Shown here: positions 53,140 to 64,000 of the stretch, in pieces
Layout of the letters: each line of letters opens with the position of its first letter
Position numbering within the stretch: the stretch's first letter is position 1
Source: Amphiscolops sp. MND2022
Taxonomy: Eukaryota
Length of the DNA stretch: 64,000 bases
NCBI GenBank assembly: GCA_964187785.1
Contig: OZ076409.1
Coordinates: 58,964,001-59,028,000 of the forward strand
Reading direction: 5' to 3'
Program-made: the position numbers and the translations under genes
The notes under the pieces: generated by a model
Database searches by the model: none
What the model saw: only the letters and a program-made list of their open reading frames with translations
What the model was told of the DNA's origin: nothing

Positions 53140-54335
53140 TGAAAATTTAAGCTCGATGTCGCCCAAAACGTTCGGGGGGTTCGCATTTTGGTAGATCGAA
53201 CTTCCTATTAGCCAAATGGAAACACAACTTTCAATTCTTGGGGGTTTCTCGCTAGCGCGCCGCAGCGCTCTGTTTATTATTTCAAAAACTCATCCACTTC
53301 AATTTTCGAGTACGCTGCAAAGGAGGCGTCTATTGTGCGCTTGAACGTGAAGTACAGGCGATAACATGCGAAAAACAGCTAATATGACTATTTTGGGGCC
53401 TTTTTGAACGTTTGCTGGCTCAGATCTCGAAAACTAATGAATAATATTTGTTTTCCAACTACCACAAGGTTAGTACATTCATTTATCTTTAATTTAAGAT
53501 ATAACCGAACACTTTTTTCGACAACTGTAGCGAATCACAGGAAACTCATTTTCGGAAAGTCGACGAAATTTTTGAGAACTTATTTTCAAAGCTCCCCCCA
53601 ATATGTTCTCGTTGTTGCAAATAACTCATATTTGAACCTAAGGTCTCCTTTGGATTGGCTATCGAATGCTGAAAACCGTTTGTTGATATTTAATTTCATT
53701 CCCGAGAAATCGCGTTTTGATTTTATGCATTAAGAGGGTGGCGATGGCCGTTTTCTTGTTAGCTACACGTACAGCCACTCACAGCGCGTTCTCAATTTCA
53801 TTCTTTTTGCTTTCTGATACGCTTTGGTGAGTGCATTCTATGCTTATGACTCGCACTGTGAAGTTTTCACTCTCAAACACATGTACTAACATAGCAATTT
53901 GAATGAAATTCTGTTCCTAGGTACAAGTGACTTCTAGTTCAATGTCTGTAAAAAATCGCTTCAGGAAAGTTTTGTGAAGTTTACTCAACACGTAGTCAGT
54001 AGTCAGGTAAAAAAAAGACTTTTACGTGGTTTAATTTTTCATACATTCACAATAGTTGCCGAGAAATTCGATATCAAACTTTCCTTCCGATTAAATTTTT
54101 CATACATAGTTCTAGGTGATGGCGGCGGCCGAATAGCATTATTACGTTGCGCGGTTGCTTCATAGCAGCTGAGAAAGCTTATTTTGGTTGTCAACGGAAG
54201 TAAAGACGTGATTATTGACATTAAACGATAGTGCGAGGTACTTGAAGTACTTACTGCCATCTTTACTTTCGCAGATATCACCTTCGAACAATCTACATTG
54301 CTGAACGTACAAAATTTAAATATACATCATAGCAT
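53140..54335. repeat. Inverted, uninterrupted homologue of 9270-11100
   Basis: See 9270-11100. Confidence 0.8.
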
Positions 54336-55789
54336 AGTCAAAAGTCAAAAATTTTACACCAAATGCGGCTTGATCAACATTTTGCAGCGATGACCTCTCT
54401 TGGATGATGATGGTTGAAAAACTTGTTCAATGACAAGGGAACTATGATTTACAATCAGTTGCCTCAGATCGCCACTGCGCCAGTAAAAAGACTGTCCGGA
54501 GAATTGGAAAGGCCCAAAATTATATCGGGTCCAACGACGCGAACCAAAAGAATACAGATCTATACAAGAAGACCCAAATAGAAAATTGCTAGCTTCACTG
54601 AGACCGACTGTGATCAGAACTTGCGCTTTCGTTAGCAAAATGCTACTCATTGTAATGATTTGATTGCATAAAATTAGTATCTCTGCTTATTCAAGCATAC
54701 AGTGCTTGTGGTCCCGTAAAATTACTAATTACCGTAAAATGTCAATATTGCAGTAATTTATTGTGTTTTCTCGATGTACTAGCTAATGTCCTGTGATTAT
54801 TTGGAGAATACTACCTTTGGCACCACCATCATCTTCGTTTTTAACAGCTGTCTAGGAGGTGATTCTGAGGAGAAACAGCATAATTTACGTAACTGGCTGC
54901 AATTACAGCCTGGAACATACCCATCGGCGAAGTTACATTGCCGGTACATGTTATACCGCAGCTGTGCGCACTACCAACCAAGCTGTCCCGTTCTGAGTTT
55001 CAATATGTGAACATATGTAAAGCAATTGTGAATCAGAGTTGTTGTTTGTTTTGCAAAGTAATTTTTATTTTTTTAAAGTCTAGATAAGACTGTTATCAAG
55101 AAAGAAAAAAATTCAAGATATTTGTGAGAAAAAAGACCGTGGCAGGAGTTCACAAGATATTTTGCACTGTTTTTTTTTGTAATTCTCGAAAAACCTTTTT
55201 GGCATTTCTGATAGTTTTAATTAGTAAAGAGTGTTTCTCGAGTCTTAAGAGTCCATTTTTAGCATTTTGGGAAAGACTTTTAGGAGAATATTGTAAGCGC
55301 ATGATCATGAGAATTGTTAAGGGACTGTTTTTCACGAGCTTGAACGGGTCGCCGGATTGGCTACTCGCGGTTTGTTACCACGTTTCCTCGATGAAAAAGT
55401 TTCAGCTGCAAAAAATTTTCGCCAAAGTTCTTGTCAGATTCTGTTTTCAGGGTTCTGTTTCGAATTTTCAGATACAAAGCAGTAATTAAAGTAATTGAGC
55501 AACCAGGAGCGGGGGGTCTGATCTTGATTGTCGGGAAATGAGTTTAAATACAATTACCTTACATGCAGGCCTGTAGCATGTAAAAAATTCAGCTGTCCCA
55601 AATAGGGTTTGATCCCTATGTTACCTCTATTTTATTATTGTAGCAGCAATTTTAGGCAGGTACTTGAAAAAATAAAATGACAATTCAATTACTTCAGTTT
55701 TCTTTTCAAAATCAAACCAGAATTCATATTTTGGTTGAAATTTAGCTCAAACTTGGTCATCGTTTGCCAAATGCGGTAATAGATATATT

Positions 55790-56256
55790 CAGGGGTGTGA
55801 AATATTGTATTTAAATATATTTTTTCAACAAAAAACTCAATATATTGCTTGGGTCAATTTCAGCAATAAATATATTGTATTTATTGTCCTGCAATATTTT
55901 GGAAAAACAATAGATTGTGAAATATTTTATTGGGCAGAGAAACATTCATTTACACGGCAAACATCCCAATGTTGTTTATTTGTATAAAGAAAGACGATCT
56001 TCTCAGAATTAATAGGAAGCGAAAAGCTTAGTGAATTTCTCCCTTAGTCTTTCACTTCTATAGTCCGTTTAAAATGCATATTAAATGAAATTTTATTTCT
56101 ATTCTGCAATAATTTTTTTGCGCAAAATATTGTAGAGCTCTGACAATATTTGCCTTATTTCAATAAATGTATTGTATTTTTGCTCCAACTAAATAAATAT
56201 ATTAGTTGTATTTAATTGCAATATATTGCAATACAATATTAAGTTTTACACCTCTG
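55790..56256. mobile_element. hAT-type MITE with 8-bp TSD
   Basis: GATATATT|CAGGGGTGTGAAA...TTTTACACCTCTG|GATATATT. Confidence 0.9.
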
Positions 56257-56692
56257 GATATATTGAGACGAGAGAGTCAATGTATCGAAATGTTGGTCAC
56301 AGATGAACAAACATAGTTTTCTGCGCGCCATAGTTTTCACGTAAATGACAACCTGAAGAAACGGAAACGTTATTTTAGTTTACCTGAAATAGTTGTTTCC
56401 GTTCTTCTGTTTTTTGATAGCCATGCCAAGGTATGACTCGCTGTTCGATTTTTCACTTTTTTTTATTCGCCAATTGCTATCTTTCTTTTTCAAGACCAAA
56501 CAACTAAGCTATGAATTGATAGCTTAGTCGAAGCAAAAATGCTGAAATAGAAGGAATTCTAACCTGAATTCGCGCTATATATGCCTAATGCTTCAACCAC
56601 CACTTCAACTTCCGTTCCTTTTACACAAATATCCATGAAAAGACTCTATTTGCTCAAGTGCAAAAGGAAATGTATACACCTAAAATGACTAT

Positions 56693-56916
56693 AAAGTCAG
56701 AAAAACCATACTTCGAACGTTTTTTCTTCACAATTTTGCAATGAAACTGGGTTGTTTCTGTATGTGGGAAGATCCAAAGATTTGAATAACAAAACTATTA
56801 GCTATAGCTAATAGTTTTGTTATTCAAATCTTTGGATCTTCCCACATACAGAAACAACCCAGTTTCAATGCAAAATTGTGAAGAAAAAAGGTTCGAAGTA
56901 TGGTTTTTCTGACTTT
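56693..56916. repeat. Near-perfect 224-bp palindrome (112-bp arms, 2 mismatches, no spacer)
   Basis: Centre AGCTA|TAGCT at 56804/56805. Confidence 0.95.
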
Positions 56917-57138
56917 GGTTCATTCCACCAAACGTACCAAAAATTTGAATCGATGCGGTTGTGTTCCATATCCCTGGTGGGAACTGCTTGATCTTTTTAC
57001 ATGTTTTTAGTCGGTGCCTTTTCCACTTTTCCATTAAAGAAACGACTATTAAAGTGTGTACTTTTTTCATTTTTCAGTTCACTCTGAATGGTCCACTTTT
57101 TTGTTCATTTGTTCAACTTTTTAGCCGAGATAATTTAG

Positions 57139-57288
57139 TTCGGATATAACGTTTCAAAGTTCGAAAATACCGTTTTCAAAGTTTGGACGTAACGTTCTCG
57201 AAGTTCGGATATGACGTTTTCAAAGATCGGATATGAAGTTTTCAAAGTTCGGATGAACCGTTTTCAAAGTTCGGATATAACGTTTTCA
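57139..57288. repeat. 22-bp tandem repeat x~7 (TTCGGATATAACGTTTTCAAAG)
   Basis: Directly visible. Confidence 0.9.
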
Positions 57289-58657
57289 TCCCCCCCCCAA
57301 TTTTCCCCCAAAATTTTGATAATTTGTTGAGTCCTAGCTTGTTGAAGGTTACCAAGCTAACTTTCCATGATTTTATAAAATTCTCAAAGAAACGTCCATG
57401 CATTAAAATGTAACGTCCAGTTAGTAGCGTACATCTTAGAAGTGGGACAATGCCTAGATTGCTTGAACAGGAGACCAGAGTCTTACTACAATCTAGACAT
57501 TAGTTTTTAATCCTAAAATGGTTTCCTGAGGGGACTTTTCATACGTCTAAGGAGGCTCCTCAATTAGAGCTCCGAGGCGATGGGCCGGCGGCACTCGCAA
57601 AGTCCGGCCACGTCCCACAAGCCTGTAAAAACGAATCCTAAGGTTCCGGCGCGTTCCTTCATACTCCCGAGGTCCAAAAACACTGTCGAGCTGAAATACA
57701 TATTATTTAGGGAATAACGTCTGAATTCACCAAAATAGGGATCTGATAGAACCACTATCATTGCAAATTTGCTAAACAACATTACCAAGGATGAAACAAA
57801 CATGAATTAGTGTCTTTTGAGTTTTTCATCCAGTTTCCAGAGTTTTGGGGATAACCCACTAGAGTATCATATGCTCTTTCTGGGTCATCTGAGACATTTT
57901 CTAGAGATGGATTGCCCAACACAGTGTTTTGTCATTCTTTGACGTTCTTTTTCCCCGATTCAGGATATTCTTTTGAGTTCGGGATCGGTAGGATCGACTT
58001 TTTGCATTCTCATTTGCCTCTTTTTTGAATTCAGGGACCTGCCAGGACGGCCATATTGAATCGCACACTTTTTGACTTTTCATGGAATTTTTGTTATCAA
58101 CTTGTTGACGTTACATCCTCCCCGGGCCGTTGTTTCTCGTCCTCGGCAAACGAGAGAGGATGCAAAATACATACCCAGTTGGTTTTAGAAACGTCATTAC
58201 AGCTTATTGCTTTCTTTGATTCGTCCAAAAATGTCAAAAAGATTTAGTAGCATCGTTCGAAATCCTGTTTTGATGGTTCTTTTGAGTACAAGTATAGGAT
58301 CTTTTTGAAGTAAAATCAATTTGCTTAAAATTTTCCAATTTTTTTTTATTTCAGTTTTGGTTATAATATATTCTTTGCAGTGGTACCTCGCGCGGCAAAG
58401 ACAAAAAACCACAATAACGTGGTAAGACTTTTTAATTTTCGAATTCCAGCAGGGAGGCACCCAATTGGGACCTACCTACTAGGTAGTATTTAGATCAACT
58501 AATAATTGAGTAACAAAGGGTTCTAGAACAAAAACAAAAATAGCACCAAAAACGAATTTACATTGTTCCATAGCACCACAACCAAAGTTGCACTTAAAAA
58601 GGCAATAGTTTTAATTATCTTGGGTTTCTTCGTTTAATCAATAGCTGATAGTTATAT

Positions 58658-61600
58658 TTATTCCACTGCTTGAGTACCCTGTGGGTTCTGAGAGGTATCC
58701 GTCGTTGCCTGTGGCTCAGTGTTCAAACATTGAATCGCCACTTCTGAATGCAGTGAGCGCGGTTGTCCCGGGCTTGGGAGGTCATTTAGCTCCGGTTATA
58801 TAGCTGCCGCAACCATTTGCGATATTTCTCCGGTAAGTTCAGCCCTCAAGGGCGTACCATTACCTGATAAAGTCAAGGGTCACTTACCGCTGACTCATCC
58901 GGGGGAACTTCTTCGCTCATCTCCACATTGGAAACTACCTGAACCTGAGTCGAATCTGTTTGGCGACTGATGGGTAGGAACTGCCAGTGGGAGCTATTTC
59001 CTTGTCATTGGTTTCATCGGTTAGAATTTCAAGTGACACTTCGGGTAGGATATTAGCAAATTGCTGGTATCCATACTGCACAAACCAATCCTTGTATGCC
59101 TTATTTGCTTTGGCGTAGCCCTCGCCCCCTGGATTTCCGCGCTGTCGCTGTGGACATTATAAATCCAGAAAGGTTTCCAGAACCATCTGCTTGGGATATC
59201 TTTGCTAACAGGCAACGCTTTAACCGTAGGCTCTGGTGCTACCAAAGGTAAAGTGGTTTTCAATTTCTGATATTGCTGATGGATGGCTTGATCTACTAGC
59301 TCTGGCTCTGTCCAGTAGGTGCTCTTCCTCAATATGGTGGCAGTCTTTAAACGAAGTTCCCCCTAGCGCAGTACATCTTTAATGTATCACACGCAGAGGG
59401 ATATTGCAGCCCACTGGCCCATCTCTGCATAATCTGCCGCCTAGTCGCTGTATCGCTGCAGTTAGAATCCGCAGGATCTCAGTTACATCCCAATCAGTGA
59501 AATTGTCTACTGCACCTGTTTTTTGGTCGAGAAGAATATGCATGGGTAGAGCGCACGGCGCTCGTGCTCTTATCAGCGTCGAGTAATTTTGTTCTACTTG
59601 TTTTTTGTCATCAATGACTGTGTTGGCCATTGGAGGCCGCAATTTAGCGAAGTTGCGAACTATGGCTTGGTAAGTAGGTGCTCGTCTTGAGTTGTCAGAA
59701 CTTAAAAATGGTACGATTGCGAAGGTGCGGGCGTTGGCAGCAACCTTCAAATGTTGTCTGGGGTATCTGAGAGCCATCACAGCACCAAAGCTGGGCCAAT
59801 CTATTGGAGCAATCAGCGGGAGCATGTCCTCTGTCTCCACTAGCCTGAGATTGGCCACCTGGGAGGGGACCAAGAGGCCTGGAAATTCCTCCGGCTGCGC
59901 ATCGTATCGCCGGGGATCATCCAATGGATGCAATATTCCCGAAACATTGACCCGTGTTGATTAAATCCACGCAAGCAGGGCTTCTACATTGTTGTCCAAC
60001 TGAGTTTTCAAGTGCAAGGATCCCGATGGGTCCATGGAATTGATAAGTGCATATAGCCAATTTTTCTGGTTTCTCGTTCAATACCATACTCTTGATCAAC
60101 TGAGTTGGGCCTTGGTACACGGCACTGAGGCCTGCTGACACCAAATATACCAAAATTTAACTCACGCTTGCTTCCCCCATAGCCTCTTGGGACAATTGTC
60201 GTCAGGTGGTTGTCCCAGTTTCCTTCTAGTTGTGCCAAGTTGGGAAGCCAAAAGCGGGAGATGTTATAAAGGATAATCGGGAACGCTATATTGTGTCGCT
60301 CTGTGACCTGAGCCAGTGGCTCTTCCAGTAGTAGATGTGTGGTACGTCTGCCTCGGGTCTTCCGATTTTCTACGTACAACGTCTCGTGTCATTTTTGCCA
60401 GTAGCGCCAATATGGGGAAAACTATGTCCGTTTTTGCATTTACTGCTAGTGCAGCCATGGGAAAAACGGTTGTGTCTAACATATCCTGTCGTATTCTTTC
60501 GGGTTTCCTGAAAAGGGCTAAAAGCTCTTTATAGAATTTGGCTTCGTGAGTCCTTTCGTCCACTGTAGAATCCTCTCTTCGTTCCTTTCAGAGATTTTCC
60601 AGCATAATCATTTCTGCGGTTGCAGTTGGATCACTGACCTGGCGATCTCCATTCTCATGGAGCGTTTTGGAGTTGCCCCTGTATCCTGTTAATCCTGCAA
60701 GGCCTTAGATACTTCTGCCAAGAATGCTGGATAAGATGTTTCACTGGGACGCCTTGTATTTGCGCTATTGATGAGGTTTGGCCCCACTATATGAATGCAT
60801 TGGTCGCCTGCAAACACTGCCTCTGTTGCTAGATACTGGAACTGTTGCAGGGGCCTGGGCAAGTAAATTTGGCCGGGTGGAGAGACAAAATCGACTCCAG
60901 CCGTTGCTCGTTTGTTTTTTACGGAAAGTGTAACGTTCTTCATGGCTTCGACATATGCAGTTATTTCATCTGTCATAAAACTTTCAGCAAGTCTTGGGTG
61001 TCCAGGCTCAAAATACCTCAATGTGCCCCGCAGTGCGAGGTGGCCTATCACATTGCAGTCGATTAGGAGTGGGGGAAAGGGGATGGTCTCGGCTGCTGCT
61101 CCAGGGCCAAAAATCTGACACGTTCTCCAGTCATATCTTCCAGCGAAGAACAAGGCATATTCATCACACTCACGTCCATGAGAGAGTAATTTATTTTGCT
61201 GGAGGACTTCATTGTCGAGTCCACAAACAAAACGATCCTGGCTTTCTGTAGCACTTCTTTTCCCATAGGGAGCAGAGTAACTGGATCTCTCTTGAGGTCT
61301 GTCTTGCGGAGCAGGTTTCCTCAAATCGGCCAGTTTGTTACTTGCTCAACTTGAGGTGTGAGGGTAATGGCTTCACTTAAGGAGAGTCATCCTTTCGTAG
61401 CTCACCGCGCATCCTTTCAAACCATGGCGTGTAACGATCTAGCTGGAAAACTCTCTTTTTGACCGAAGGTAGTGATTATCAATTGTGGCTTTCTCTAGGT
61501 TCCTCCAGGATTCTCGATCCCCTTTACTTGTTACTGTCTCAAACCTCAACAACCTTGGGTCAGTTTTCTCAGCAGTAGCAGGAATCACTCGCTTCAGACG

Positions 61601-62494
61601 CACTGCGTCTCTGGCTGTGATATCTAACTGCTCTACTTCGGATGACGAAAGTAATTCGCTCCCTAACCTAACTCTTCTAGCCTCTGGATTTTGCGTAGGG
61701 GAGGGGCCCGGAGTTCGATTTGCATTGACATGCTCTCTTGCTGGTGTTCATCATGGTTGTTAGGTCTATAAGAGCCTTGGTTGCCAGTCTCTCAGCACAT
61801 TGATGTTGCCGTTGGCGCTCCTTTAGGGTGAAGGCTCTGGATCACCTCTAGGGACATCGTCTTTAGACGTGGATGCTGTCAACGCGTCGTACGAGTCTTG
61901 AAATGTCACTGTCTCAGAAGGTGGATCATTCACTGCAACTTGCAAAGGTTGATAAGTATCTTGTGGATATTCGGTATTTTGGTCTGTCTGTACAATGTTA
62001 ACCTGCACCCCTGAAAAGGGGAAGGAAGCATGAATTTTGAGCTTGGTTGCATCAATAGGCGAATGCCAGTGGATGCTTGTGGAAGTGGTGGAGAGAGTAT
62101 CGGAGATGGGATACGGGCAAAGTACAGCTAAAGTGTGGCAAGTCCTGAGTTGGAGGTTTGGACAAAATGCCCTTGTGGATAAAATCAAGTTGGGGAATTA
62201 AGGGCGGTGGCACAGTCATTGGTTGCATCCTTAAAAACGTTCTTGATCCATGGGAGGCCTAGCCTAACTAAATCGGGGTATGCTAATTTGTGCTATGAGC
62301 ACGGCAATGCCAGCAACTAGGGTAGACGTAGCACCATTCGGAAGGGTGTTTTGCACAAGCGCCAATTGATCAACTCTGCCATTTATTTCTCCCTGAGACG
62401 TTGTGGCAGACGAAATACCTGGTTCAAGTAGCTACCGACGATTGGTATTCTGATTGCAAGGTGCGGGCTTGCGTTGGCGAAAAGAATTATCCAT
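58658..62494 (-). pseudogene. Large (~1250 codon) accessory ORF with Pro/Ser/Thr-rich N-terminus and SGNH-hydrolase-like domain (~61240-60690)
   Basis: Chain of overlapping minus-strand ORF fragments. RIVLFVDSTM...VSVMNMPCSSLEDM resembles SGNH block I/II, followed by PLLIDCNVIGHL, VDFVSPPG and RPSETSYPAFLAEVSKAL. Confidence 0.6.
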
Positions 62495-62794
62495 GTTTGA
62501 TAGTAGCAGCGATGATGGTAGCACTTGTGGTGATTGATTATGACTGTTTTAAGTTAGAGCAGTGAGGCGCGAAGGGATTGAAACAGGACTAAGCTGAAAA
62601 ACAGGCTGCAATTGAGTTGAAAACCTTTTTACACGGGCAGACTTGAACGAAATGGAACTAACACTATGGGTATGAAAACACGATAGGTGAACTCAGCGAA
62701 GAGTAAAAAGAGGAAATATTCAGTTTATGGATAAAAAATGGAGTTTAAAAGAGAGGCCAATGGACTCGCAAGGAGCTCGGACTGACTCTATCTG

Positions 62795-63290
62795 TTACCT
62801 ACCATGTGTCACTTTTACTGATGCTATTGATACGTAAACGCGGTCGTGAAGCACTACTTCGATGTTTGATTCGGTGAAATGATCTCTAATCATTGCATAA
62901 CAGGTAGGAAGTATGTTGATGAAACGTTCGGAATCATAAATGGGAAAGTGGATTTGTGTAATGCACTTTTGACCGAGTTGTCGTATCAGGTCGATTCAAC
63001 GTAGATGTAAAACCTTATGTAGCATGGGATGGTTGTTAAAAGCTCTCGTGAATAACAAAACAATGTCGTTATCCAAGGTGCAGTTAGTTATTTAGCCAAG
63101 TGGACAGCTCTCCCTTTGACTGGACGGAGCTGAAAAATCTCCTCTTATCCATATTCTTGGAGTACCTACCGCGTCATTGCCGAGTAGCGCGTTATTGCCG
63201 AGACGTAAGTTCCGCAGGACAACACAAAACTAGCGTGGCAGGTGCCTGTAATATGTCCGTGTTGGCGTAGGATATCCATGGGAAATAGTG
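62795..63290 (-). pseudogene. Divergent OARD1/TARG1 (Poa1p-like) macrodomain at the end of the upstream ORF
   Basis: Manual translation across frameshifts: ISYANTDILQAPATLVLCCPAEL..SAMTR.VLQEYG.EEIFQLRPVKGRAVHL...DIVLLFTRAFNNHPMLHKVLHLR.IDLIRQLGQKCITQIHFPIYDSERFINILPTCYAMIRDHFTESNIEVVLH. Confidence 0.6.
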
Positions 63291-64000
63291 TGGTCTAGTC
63301 TTGGGTTGTGTGGTCAACCATTTACCTGTGATGTTGCTGAAGTCATCGGCTGAAGTTGGTGTTAAGTGCTCAAAAATTGCTCTGCACTCCTGCCATTCAG
63401 TTCGGCGCAAGAGTCGGTCGCCCATGTTGGTGCAGGACAAGTCATGAATCATGGAGAGTGCTTCATGCACCGTAATTGGCTTCTCTAGGGTGAAGGTGTG
63501 CTGGTTCAGTAAACATAGGAACTTATTAAAAATGTCGGCTTAAGAACTTTCCGCGATAGATGTCCGCTTGGGGAAGTTTTCCAGACAAATCCACAGCGTG
63601 GTCGGTGATACAGGTGATATGTCATCCAAGGAAATGACTAGAAGCCACCAACCGTGGGTAGGCTGGTATACGTCTTCTGGGGCTGGAGAAATGTGGCATC
63701 TTTCCCACAAATGGTGTGCAGTGATGCGACGAACCATTTCTGTATCCCTGTCTTCTGGATCGATTTTTCCAAACACCATTGAGGGTGGTAGCGGAGGTAG
63801 CACAGCGGCTAATGTGGATCCTAGACCGCTCTGGTCATGCTGCGTCGATTCTTCAAAGAGGTAGTTAGGACAAGCGGAGGTAGAGATGTTGTGCATCGCT
63901 TTCAGTGTGGTCTCTAGTGGTGGTACCACTCCTTGTTCTATGCTTGTGTACGTTTTCTCCACGGTTTTTAAAACGCTATGCACTATTGGAGGAACGTTAT

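Larger units (their letters stand above)
57409..64000 (-). mobile_element. Decayed coding member of LTR family B: 3' LTR (57409-58115), PPT and 3' ORFs; continues beyond the window
   Basis: LTR homologous to 37804/42188 on the minus strand; adjacent TCCTCCCCGGGCCG..GTCCTCGGCAAACGAGAGAGGA is the reverse complement of the PPT region at 42143-42187; long frameshifted minus-strand ORFs follow. Confidence 0.85.

Noticed and set aside
54786..55010. Possible GPCR TM6/TM7 exon
   Set aside because: No CWxP or NPxxY motif in the plus-strand frames examined.
57139..57288. 22-bp repeats as a CRISPR array or iterons
   Set aside because: Simple head-to-tail minisatellite.

Overview
AT-rich eukaryotic (invertebrate animal) genomic DNA, almost entirely transposable elements and their remains. 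It carries four spliced internal exons (TM1 end to ICL3) of a class A peptide GPCR most like kisspeptin/allatostatin-A/galanin receptors, with a 24 kb intron. Mobile content: two decayed Gypsy-type gag-pol elements (1-4377; ~26916-33174); four solo LTRs of 1.3-1.6 kb with 5-bp TSDs that each contain a ~180-215 codon ORF running off the LTR 3' end (family A); and a second LTR family (B). Family B comprises a solo LTR, a young non-coding 5.1 kb two-LTR element and a decayed coding element at the window end, with apparent 3-bp TSDs, an OARD1/TARG1-like macrodomain and a large accessory ORF containing an SGNH-like domain. Also present are a DD37E Tc1-like relic, several 2-bp-TSD MITEs, a hAT MITE, Helentron-like repeats and three long near-perfect palindromes (130-279 bp). 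All assignments were made by eye without database searches; the organism cannot be identified with confidence.
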